Notes under the pieces: model-generated | Seen by the model: the letters and a program-made list of their open reading frames with translations, nothing else | What the model was told of the DNA's origin: nothing | Database searches by the model: none | NCBI GenBank assembly: GCA_964036045.1 | Contig: OZ038378.1 | Span: 24,862,001 to 24,926,000 of the forward strand | DNA: 64,000 nt | Source: Eutreptiella sp. 'Long Island Sound 2002' | Taxonomy: Eukaryota; Protista; Euglenida | Direction of reading: 5' to 3' | In this document: piece by piece, positions 41,574-52,900 of the stretch | Layout of the letters: each line of letters opens with the position of its first letter | Numbering within the stretch: the stretch's first letter is position 1 | Translations under genes and position numbers: made by a program

Positions 41574-43433
41574 TGTCAGCGGGACCAACACCGCTAGGCA
41601 GCGCCCTGTCGCCTTTGAGAATGGCGTGTCAAACCAAGGGACATGGGCGTAACAGCCACGCGCACCCAGGTGGAAGGGGTGTACAAACGTTGGAACATAC
41701 CGATACCGCTGAAGCCAGGGTGCAGGTGGGCCTGAGGGCGATAGGACGTCTCATAGGGCGTTCCGCGAGCCGGTCGGGGCTAAACACCGCCAGTGTGAGG
41801 GTGAACACCAGGGGAGGGAGCACGGCAAGTGGCAGGTTTAGGGACCTGAGGGTGTGCCTGTTGAGGGTAGGGCAGGGTGTGTATTGCCTGTGTGTTTTCT
41901 CAAAGCGGTCCCGGCGTTACGGTGCCCTCTTCGGGCATTCGGCTAGCCAAGCTGGACTAGCTTCAACACACGGGTCACCAAACACCGCAGTCCCGGCGTT
42001 ACGGTGTCCATCTTGGGCATTCGGCGAGCCAAGCTGGACGTGCTACACGCCACTGACCACCCATCACAGCAGTCCCGGCGTTACGGTGTCCATCTTGGGC
42101 ATTCGGCAAGCCAAGCTGGACGTGCAACACGCCACTGACCACCCATCACAGTAGTCCCGGCGTTACGGTGTCCTTCCAAGGCATTCGGCGAGCCAAGCTG
42201 GACGTGCTACACGCCACTAACCACCCATCACAGCAGTCCCGGCGTTACGGTGTCCATCTTGGGCATTCGGCGAGCCAAGCTGGACGTGCTACACGCCACT
42301 GACCACCCATCACATCAGTCCCGGCGTTACGGTGTCCATCTTGGGCTTTCGGCGACCCAAGCTGGACGTGCTACACGCCACTGACCACCCATCACAGCAG
42401 TCCCGGCGTTACGGTGTCCATCTTGGGCATTCGGCGAGCCAAGCTGGACGTGCTACACGCCACTGACCACCCATCACAGCAGTCCCGGCGTTACGGTGTC
42501 CATCTTGGGCATTCGGCGAGCCAAGCTGGACGTGCTACACGCCACTGACCACCCATCACGGCAGTCCCGGCGTTACGGTGTCCATCTTGGGCATTCGGCG
42601 AGCCAAGCTGGACGTGCTACACGCCACTGACCACCTATCACAGCAGTCCCGGCGTTACGGTGTCCTTCCAGGGCATTCGGCGAGCCAAGCAGGATGTGCA
42701 TCCCGCCACGTGACACCGATCACAGTAGTCCAGGCGGTACGGTGTCCTTCTCGGGCATTCGGCGAGCCAAGCAGGATATTACTACACAACCCACACGTCA
42801 CAGCGGTACCAGTGGTCAATTGGCAGGGACAGGATGAGATGTGCTGCCCAGTGTGCTGTTCTCTGGTCACAGGCTGTTGTCTGAGGCAGGGCTGGGCCTT
42901 CCGGTGTGCAGGCGCTTATTTTACCATGTTTCATTATGACCAGCTTTCCCAGCAGGAACAGGCGGACGCCTTGTTGCCTGCTCATGTGTTCCCTGTCACT
43001 GGTTTCGGGACACTGCCGGAAACGGGGGAGAAGGTGCTCTCCACGAAGCTGGTGGCATGTAGTGCCTGGTGCCACGCTGCCCTGGGTAACGGATCTGTCT
43101 GTGCGCGTGCCACCTCGGGCACTGCGGCGGGGCGGCCAGTACACGTTGCAAGTGCTGTGCTGTGATGTCTTGCGGTGCCAGGCGGCAGAAGCAGGACCGA
43201 AGTACAGGAACGCTTGTGTCGTGTGCCCGTGTGAGCGAGGGGACGCTCCGCACTGGGACTTCTATGCCCTGTATGATACAGTGGCTCTTTACGTATCCCG
43301 CGAATTCACTGTACCGGAGTTGCAGCTGTTTTGATGAGTGTAGTATGATGTAGCGTGCTGTGCCTTGGGACAGGTAGGGATCACGGATACGCTGGAGTTC
43401 GGAGATCGCCCGAGCACTTTACCTTTACCTTTA
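41574..43433 (+). mobile_element. Nested 1860-bp retroposed element, family C (truncated LINE 3' end or non-autonomous retroposon)
   Basis: Flanked by a 17-bp TSD CCCTCTCC(G/C)TCCAAGCC (41557-41573 and 43434-43450). Ends in (CTTTAC)3 (43417-43434). Family A sequence resumes exactly afterwards. Confidence 0.85.
41906..42805 (+). repeat. 82-bp tandem repeat, 11 copies, inside the family C insert
   Basis: The unit anchor recurs exactly every 82 bp from 41909 to 42729. Central copies are near-identical and edge copies are diverged. Confidence 0.95.
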
Positions 43434-46400
43434 CCCTCTCCCTCCAAGCCAAAAAACTCCAACAAACCGCGGGTAGAGGGAGTAGTCAGGGCACTAACGC
43501 TGGATGAAACGGCTTCCGCTGCACAGGGCAGTAACTCCGCTGAGCCACGACAGGCTAGTGCCTTCATCTCTGATAATGTTTCACCGCCGGTGCAACAATA
43601 GCAAGCAGGGTCTGGGCTGGGCAAAGTTATTGTTGAGAAGTCGCAGTCCACCACGGATCGTTTGAAACCTATTCTGCTCACTGGGTTTGAACATACTGAT
43701 GTCCTTGACTCCATTTTGGGTTGTGAAGCTGCCTTCGGTCAGTTGTCTCTCGACTACAGAGTCTATCGGGACATGCTGTCCCAATTTGGTGAGGTTGTCA
43801 TGTTTGTTCCGTCCAGCAGACTAGATCCCATCCTGGGAGGTAAGTACCGCGACAGCTTGCGCATCAGAGCATCCAGGGACCCATTGGGCCGCTCAGACCT
43901 CATTGAGGTGAAGGAATTGCAACTGGTTGAAGGACTGCGAAAAATTGGCTCTCATATTCCTCAGCCTGCGCCTGCCAAAGAGGCTCCTGTGAGTACACCT
44001 GTTTCAGGTCTGTTTCTCTCGCCATCTAAAATGCAATCCCCGGTGTGGTGTCTGTTTCCGCCCTTCTCCCCCTCTCATGCCTTCATGTCCATGTGGGGTT
44101 GGGGCTTTCAACGAGAGTTAGGGGGGATCATTAGATTCCACTCTCCCCCGCCTGGAATGCCTGATGCATTCAGGGAGGTTGTGTCTGCTCACGCCATCTG
44201 GGGTCTGTCCAAAGTTTACGATGCCGCAGTAAAATATACCATGATAGGAGAGGATGACGACTCGCTGGAACACTCGGTCTCGGCTAAGGAGTGTGTAGAA
44301 CTAGCAGTGAAACACAGAGATCATAGGTTCTACGACGTGCCTCAATGGGCGGCTGAGGAGTTTTCAAAACGCAAAACGCTTACCAAGGTCAACAAAGTGC
44401 GTAAGAAGCTAAAAACGGGGGACTACTCTACAGTGTCCTCAATTGCCCTAGGCCTTGACGCATCGTGGGGTCGGTTGGCCAGTGACGGGGTTCCCCCTCC
44501 TACTGTTGAGTGCAGTGATGCTGAACACCATCGGGTTTTGATATGTGGTGAACGACAAGTGTCAGTTTGCCGCATCATGAGTCCTCAATGGACAGGCTTA
44601 ACTAAGAAGGTAGAAACGGTGGGGTCCAGACACGTGGCTTTGCTCGGTGTTCCCTCATCACCTGCGGATGCTACCCTCGTAAGGTCAGCAACCATGGCGT
44701 GTGGCGATACTAAATTTCACATGTGTACCAATGCAGTTGTTTTGGGCAGGATGGGCCTGTTGGCGGCCCCAGTCCCTGTGAATTTTGTTGAACCGGAGTG
44801 TGTTCTTCCCCTTTGGGTGGTGGTCATTTCTTTACAATGGGGACGACAGCACCAAGTGCTAGTCAAGTCACGAAAGGCAGTGGCAAGACATCGCAAAGAG
44901 ATTGTGGATGACACTGCTGGGTGGTGGCAAGATGTCTGCAGAGTGACTGAGTGGGATCCTCTGTCTCGGGGATGGCGGACAGAAAAAGTTCTGTGTCGAT
45001 GCGTCCCGCAGGAAAGTGTCATGATGTTACATGTCTGGCTCAATTGGACCCCCCCTCAGTGGTCGTTGTAGTACTATGAAGTGCAAGCGTGGAGCTCCAT
45101 TTCTATTCCTGAGTCTGCCACCCCTGTTGCCTTGCCATGGGGCTGCCTGTCTGCTAATGTTCAGGGGTTAAATAGGTCAGTTGAAATACGCAGGACCAAG
45201 TGGGATGAAGTGGTTGAGATGTGTGTCACCTCAGATGCCAGGGTGCTGTTCATTCAAGAAACCTGGGGCTCAGTGAAAATACTAGACAGGCGGCACATTG
45301 ATGGCTTTTGGCATCGCTCCTCTGCTCACTGCGATGTTGGTAAAGGCCTAGAAGTCTGGGTTTTGTCATCCTGGGCACAGTCCAAAACTGTTCTTCTGGA
45401 TACTGACCACTCTTTTCTTGTGGTGGTTCACAATGCCTGGGGTTTGGGGGTCCTAGGTAGCGTACACATGGCACAGAGGTCTGACGAACTGTTATACAAT
45501 CAACAGTTGGTGCATCTGGTTTTCGGTCTCCAACAGCTACCAGTGTCATGGCTCATCGTGGGGGGTGAATGGAATAGGGACATCCGCACGCATAAATTGT
45601 CAGTTGCCCTTCTTAAGTTTTTGGGTGCCCCAGTGGCGTTCATGCAGGGGAGGGTTCATCTTCCCAAGGACTTTTGCATTATAAAAGGAGTCTCGGGGCA
45701 GTCGTGCGGTATGTGGCTGAGAGAGGTTGGCGACCACCCAGTTGTTTGGATTCAAGGGTGTCAGACAGCAAAGGCAGGAGCCACAGGATCTTTGATGCGC
45801 CCAGTTGAACCTCGCAATTGGGACCATGACAGCAGAGTGATTTTTTCCAATCTCATGGAAGCCATGAGTCTCGGCATCAGTGATGCGTCTAGTTGGCTGC
45901 AGGCCTATAGAGAGTGTATCTCAGTCGTCAACCGTGTGGTGAGTAGTCCTAAATCTGAAGAGGTCCAGTCGGAGCTGAAATCAGTAGTTGCGTCTCTCAA
46001 GGCCATTGCGGGCGGCCAGGGCTGGAGATTGCAGCGCTCCCTAGAATTCAGATTGTCCTCCAAATACTGGTCTACGGCGATTAGTGACTGGAAAGCTGTG
46101 TCAGGAACAGGTCTCACGGGGCGAACCATGAAGGTGCAGAAGTTGCAAGCAGCAAACCCGTTCATTGCGTTACATCAGGTAACGGACACATCCTCTCAAT
46201 CTCTGGTGACGGGTAGGGACATCCTGCAGGTGTTGCCCAGGGAGTGTGTCCTGAAATACCCTGTGCGTTCCACTATTGTTCCTCCTGAGTGGGTTCAGTC
46301 TGTCATGCGCCACAGGTATGTGCTGCATCTCACCCCTGTTGCAATCGAGGCCCGCAGGTACCTGATTCTCTCACAAGTGATGCAGGTCTCAGTAGAGTCC

Positions 46401-49400
46401 CTGTTGCGTATCCGGCACAAACTGACCAGTGCGACGGCAGGGGTTGATGGTTTTATACCAAATCCAGTGAAATGGATGGGGCTGGCGTCCCTCTTCACAA
46501 TGACTCAGATACTCAGAATTCCCTTTGATCAGTGGCCTTTGGAGGTCTTCTCGGCTCTACACCTTACACTAAAAAAATCTGCGGGTGACAATGTCAATGT
46601 CAATACCAGGCCTATTAAACTTCTCTCAGCCCTATTTCGCATACAGGCTAAACTGTATGCCCCTTTGATTCAGCTGGCCACAACACCAAGTGAGTCTGGG
46701 TGTAGACAGTATGCAGGGTTTAAAGGGTCTTCCGCACATGCCCTACGCCGCATGCTACACACAGTGATCACCCAATCCCTGGCGGTGCGAGGTGATGTTA
46801 CGACGATGTTTTTGGATTTCTCTGGTGCCTTTGATGAAATCAACAGGCAAGCCATTCTGAGGGTTGCTGATATGTATCCGTTTTTACGTGGAGTTGTGCA
46901 TGAAGTGGTTCATCACTACATGTCCTTCAGGCAATACGTGGTTTCTGCCCTGGGCCTATCAGAGTCGTATAGTCAAGTGGAGGGTGTCCTTCAAGGGGGG
47001 GGTTTAGATCCACTTTTTTACATACTTGCGGTTAATTTGATACATCTTGCCATGCGTCAACTGGGGGTTGGGGTTCCGGTATGTGTTCCTCCCTCGGTAG
47101 AAATGATTGCTTCTCTGGGCTATGTAGACGACACAGTGGGGTTTTCTAGCATAGACGCCAGACAGCGAGTGGCCGACCACCTTCGAGTTATTATTGACTG
47201 CGTTGGACAACGCAACAATAGCTCCAAAATGAACGTTCAAGTGCTTCAGGTCAAGCAAGGCTCAGTCTGCAGTGTCAGCAAATCGGTCGTCTGGGACGAC
47301 AAGGCAGTGTGGTCCACCAGTAGACACCAACACATAAAATTCCTGGGGGGAAACGCTAATATTTTAGGAGGGTTCCCTACCATCAAAAATGTCATTACAA
47401 GGTGGTCTCGAACGGTCATCAGCAGGCTGCGAGGGTGGCCCGTGTCTGTGGGTGTGGCACACACTGTGATAGAAGGACTTGTAGTCAACAGGCTTGTGTT
47501 TCGCTGCTGTGTGAATGTGCCAACGGACGTGCAAATCAGTTCGGTGAGAGGGTCCATATGCAGGGTGTACAGACTGGTCTTTGGGTTGGCTCCCAATACT
47601 CCACGTGCCTGCATAGTTTCCGTTCTAGGAAGAGCTGACCCAGATCATGTCCTTTGGGTCACAGTCATCAATGAACTGTTTAAGTCTCTAAATGGGCCCA
47701 ACGCCCTGCTGGCCCAATCTGCGTGGGCACACTGGTCGAACCCGTGTCTACATCGCTTTGACAGCGACTCTCAGCGCATTCCGTCCAGGCTCCAAAGCTT
47801 GGGCATTCAGTTTCGCAAACTCGGGTCAGGTCAAGGGGCTAAGTGGTGTGTGAAACCGCCTCGGGGGGGTGCTTTCCCTACAGTTTTGTATGTTTTTGGT
47901 GATGCAAGCCTCAAGGATTGCTGGGGGGGAGCGGCAAAAGTTGTGGACAGTCAGGGCCATGTGTGGCTGGAGTACAGTGTCTCCCTCTCTGCTATTGGTC
48001 TCAGCACCAAGTTGGTAGAAGCCTCTGTTGTTGTCTGTGCTGTTGTTGCCATTGCCGAATTCGTCTCCTCCCATGGCGTGTGCTTAAAAGAAATCTGGGT
48101 GTGGTCTGACTGTTTGTCAGCTGTGGAGTCTCTGCAGTCCAGAGACATGGCGAACAAAACTGCATCAATCATGGACAGGGTTGTCGCACAGTTTGTCTTG
48201 ACGCATCTTCCGGTTCAGATGGGTTGGGTGCCAGCACAGCACGATACGGAACTTGATGACTGGATATCATCGTTCAACTCCGAAATGAACTCTGAAGCGA
48301 AAGCTGGTGCGCGCGGTGAGCGTCAGGAGGTCTCAGATCTTGATGTATGGTTGGACAGAGATTCCATTCTTCCATTCCAAGGTGACAGATTGATTGTCGA
48401 CCTCAAACGACATTTGCTTAGTCAATCTAATGATGCTCTCCTCAGCGTCTCTTCCTCTTGCTCACCCACCCCTCCGGAGAGATCATGGCGCATGGTGCTA
48501 CCCGAATCGGTCTCAGGGCTCAAGTGCTGGGTGCAGCTAGGAATAGAGCATTGGGGACGCATAAGGGCTTGGAGTGTGTATGCGTCAGCAGACCAGTGGG
48601 AGTGGCAGCACAGAGATGCGGAATGTTCACTGTGCTCCATGTGGTGCCACTCGGTAACACAACATAGATTCCACGAATGCGTATTTACTAAAGTGCGGGT
48701 TCTTGCTTGGTCTGGACATGTCTGCGAAATTTTGTGTGCTGCGGGCATTCCCCGTGACGGTATCGCTCTTCGCTGGGGGGGTGTTGAGATTTTGGAACAT
48801 CCGGGTCTGTTCATTGTCTGGTGTCATCCTGCGAAGGGAGCTGCCATATCTGATTCCTCGAAATCAGTGAAGCCTGTGTGGCCCATATGGCTGGGGTTAG
48901 GCCCAATTAGGGGTATTTCGCTGGTTCTCTCCAAATTGGGTGTCAGTCAACCACATATCCTGATTTATCAAGTCCTAGAGTGCGCGTATGCCATGGTACA
49001 CGGTGGGTACGATACAGAAAATGTTCGACTTCTGTGCCCTCTGTTTCATTCTCAGTGGACTGCAGGAATGTTCTCAGGTGTGCTGCTGGGGTTTCAGACG
49101 CCAGCTGCACATCTGGACAATCACACTCCCTGCAACCTGCTCTGGGTTCTTTTCTCGTCTATCAGGGGGAAAGCATACGTAGGGCATGTTCCGGTGAGTT
49201 GCAAGGGGAGAATTAAGATGACGGTCTGGCACTCGAAAGTCCCCTCCGTATGGATCTGCGAATGCCAAGGGAACCTTCATTCTGTCGTCAGAGAGGCAAT
49301 GAGGAGACGACTGGGGGGGGAGGGTGTGTATTGGTGCCTCCTGGGTGTGCAATGGCCATCGGAGGGGCTTCGCCAGGATTCGGGACTCCAGCTGTGGCGT

Positions 49401-49894
49401 TTTATGGTGCGGACAGAGCAGTCGTGTCTGTCACTGGGGTGGGTTATTTCTGATGCCTCTCACTCCCGTGGTGTTCCCCCACCTGTGCTGAAACCTGTTC
49501 TAGATATGCAGATTTGGTAACCGTCTCTCTTCGGGGGGTGCGAACAAGTATCAGCCAGATTCTGGGAGGCACAGATCGACATCGGCTCCCAGCACGACTT
49601 ATGGGTCATACCACTATGCCTATTCTCGGTCTAAGGGAAGCAAAGGAGGATCCATGGGTAAGCAAGGTGGCAAAGGCAAGGGGAAACACATGTACTAAGT
49701 CGACATAACACGTGCTTTCAGAAGGGAGTGGCCTGGGTCGACAGTCACATCCTTGCTAAGTCACTTTCGTTCAGAAATTTGATTTGCTTTGTGTTCGGTG
49801 TGTAGGTTGTAGGGGAGGCTTGCTTTGGAACTAGGAAGGGGACTGGTCCGAACCCAGACAAAGCGGATTTTTCAAATCAAATCAAATCAAATCA

Positions 49895-49912
49895 TGTATG
49901 TATGTATGTATG

Positions 49913-49942
<30 letters not shown>
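49895..49942. repeat. (TGTA)12 spacer
   Basis: 48 bp. Confidence 0.97.
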
Positions 49943-49943
<1 letters not shown>

Positions 49944-52900
49944 TCCTTAACCAGTTCCACATCTTCGATGCCTCACAGGGTAAAGGTAGGAATGTTCATC
50001 GATCAACGCCATCAGGGTAGACAGAGGTAGTAGTCCGAGAAAGGGTTCAGGTACAGTTTCAATAATAGGGGCTCCTGCTCCTCTTTCCTTGTAGGTAGGA
50101 TACCATCCATTACGGTTTCCACTCCTTTTCAGGTTTCGACAGAATACGATGTCGGAAGGAGACCAGGAGTCAATCGGACGCCTCCCTGCTGGGGGGGCTC
50201 AGAGGAGAATCCATCAAGCTGGAGTTCATCTCCCTGGGGTTCCATCATGGGAATATCAGGTGGTCAATGGGGTATTCAACCTGGGGAACTAAATGGGGTT
50301 CTTCAATGGGGATCAGAAAGTCAAAAAGGTGGGGTACAATCAGGGTGGTGGACAGGTTCCCCTCCCAGATGTCCGGGTCTGGGCTGGGGACGGATTTATC
50401 ACAGGGGTCGCTGGAGGTGGAGACGGCACCGGGGTGACCCCTGCCCCGCCGGCATTCGATGTACAGCACCGCTGGCCTCCCCCTCTGGGAGCAGCGACAC
50501 AGCAATGTCGGTTTTTATTTTGTAGCAACATGTCCGCCACACAATGTCGGACTCTGCAGATGAATCTCAGTTATGTTACCCCCTCCTCCCCTCTCACCCA
50601 TAGGATCACGGGTCTCCTCCTCCCTTCTTGCTCATCGACGTCCCAGAATGACAAAAGCATGACAAAAGCTGACATCACTTGCAGGGTAATTCCACCCGAC
50701 AATGACAGCATCTATGACGCGCAGATAGTGAATATCGGCGTCTGTGGAACGTGTGGGGTATGCCAGACAGAGCGCAACTGCCTGAGGCCCAGGGGCATCC
50801 AGATAGTGAGTATCGGTGCCTGTACCAGTCCCACACAGGTAATCTTTTTGGTTTTCTCTCCACTCCACATGTTCAGCCCCATGACAACTATTTCTCTGGA
50901 GTTTGGTCACATTCAAAAGGGGGGCACCCCTACAAAACTGCGATGGCTACCCTCTCATGGGGACCCTATAGAAGAACCGGTGGGCCTGTGGGTTCAACCA
51001 GATAGCGTCACGGCCAGGATCATGACAATGTGTAATCTGGCCGGGTCCATTGACAACACTGTGTTGGATGAGGTCCTCAAAATGCGTCCCGATATCGAGA
51101 CTAATACCTGGAGTTCCCTGGTGGGCAAGTTACCGGATGGTGCTGAGAAGGACATCTGCCGCCAGGTTGTCAAATCCAAGAGAGTACCGGAAAGCTTCTC
51201 AAACATCTCCTCAAAATACTCCCTTTTGGATGCCATGCTGGCCACCATTGCAAAAGTCTCAGACAGACCCATGCTTACCGAGTGGAGCACTGCACGTCTC
51301 AATGCCAAGTCCGAACTTCGCTCTATCTGGTCAGCCTTTTACAAGGAGATTTTTAGTGAATCCGACGCTCTCTCAGAAGCTCCAGATCAACCCACAGACG
51401 TAGTCCCACAGGAACAGGGTTCGGAGTCCGCTGATGTCTTGGGTGCCATCTCCCCGGTCAACACCGTTGATGATCTTTCGATCAATGAGGAAGATAAACT
51501 TCAGTCCTTGGTTGCTGAGATGTACAGTGAGGATGTTCCTGTTGAAGTTTTGCTGTTGGCAGCCTCGGGGATCAGGAGTAATATTTTGTTGAGGTTGAAG
51601 TCAGCCACACCGGTTATGGGCAGGTTCTGGAAGGGTGTCATGGTAGCGTTGCTCAAGTGGATGCGTCCTCTTAGGCAGGCAGAAGAGGAAGGGCCTCGCC
51701 TGCAGGCCAAACTAGCTGCAGAGGCTAATAGAAAACGCAACGTTATTTCCAGTCCTTCTTCAGGTGCAGATGCGTCCAAGCCCTCTCCGTTCAAGCCGAA
51801 AAACTCCAAGAAACCGCGGGTAGAGGGAGTAGTCAGGGCACTAACGCTGGATGAAACGGCTTCCGCTGCACAGGGCAGTAACTCCGCTGAGCCACGACAG
51901 GCTAGTGCCTCCATCTCTGATAAAGTTTCACCGCCGGTACAACAATGGCAAGCTGGGTCTGGGCTGGGCAAAGTTATTGTTGAGAAGTCGCAGTCCACCG
52001 AGGATAGTTTGAAACCTATTCTGCTCACTGGGTTTGAACATACTGATGCCCTTGACTCCATTTTGGGTTGTGAAGCTGCCTTCGGTCAGTTGCCTCTCGA
52101 CTACAGAGTCTATCGGGACATGCCTGAACGCGACGTGCCTGAATGGGCGGCTGAGGAGTTTTCAAAACGCAAAACGCTTACCAAGGTCAACAAAGTGCGC
52201 AAGAAGCTAAAAACGGGGGACTACTCTAAAGTGTCCTCAATTGCCCTGGGCCTTGACGCATCGTGGGGTCGGTTGGCCAGTGACGGGGTTCCCCCTCCTA
52301 CTGTTGAGCGCAGTGATGCTGAACACCATCGGGTTTTGATATGTGGTGATCGAAAAGTGTCAGTTTGCCGCATCATGAGTCCTCAATGGACAGGCTTAAC
52401 TAAGAAGGTAGAAACGGTGGGGTCCAGACACGTGGCTTTGCTCGGTGTTCCCTCATCACCTGCGGATGCTACCCTCGTAAGGTCAGCAACCATGGCGTGT
52501 GGCGATACTAAATTTCACATGTGTACCAATGCAGTTGTTTTGGGCAGGATGGGCCTGTTGGCGGCCCCAGTCCCTGTGAATTTTGTTGAACCGGAGTGTG
52601 TTCTTCCCCTTTGGGTGGTGGTCATTTCTTTACAATGGGGACGACAGCACCAAGTGCTAGTCAAGTCAGGAAAGGGAGTGGCAAGACACCGCAAAGAGAT
52701 TGTGGATGACACTGCTGGGTGGTGGCAAGATGTCTGCAGAGTGACTGAGTGGGATCCTCTGTCTCGGGGATGGCGGACAGAAAAAGTTCTGTGTCGATGC
52801 GTCCCGCAGGAAAGTGTCATGATGTTACATGTCTGGCTCAATTGGACCCCCCCTCAGTGGTCGTTGCAGTACTATGAAGTGCAAGCGTGGAGCTCCATTG

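Larger units (their letters stand above)
40435..49520 (+). pseudogene. Family A polyprotein, copy A4; the 3' EN-RT-RH part is open for 1479 codons (45081-49520)
   Basis: TAA 41152, insertion at 41574, TAG 43599, TAG 45069. EN motif GGDWN is changed to GGEWN. Confidence 0.9.
38498..49894 (+). mobile_element. Family A copy A4, interrupted by a nested insert
   Basis: Full 5' end and (CAAAT)4CA end. About 9520 bp once the insert and one TSD copy are removed. Confidence 0.95.

Noticed and set aside
41906-42805. 82-bp hairpin repeats as a CRISPR array
   Set aside because: No unique spacers (whole units are near-identical), no cas genes, and a eukaryotic retroposon context.
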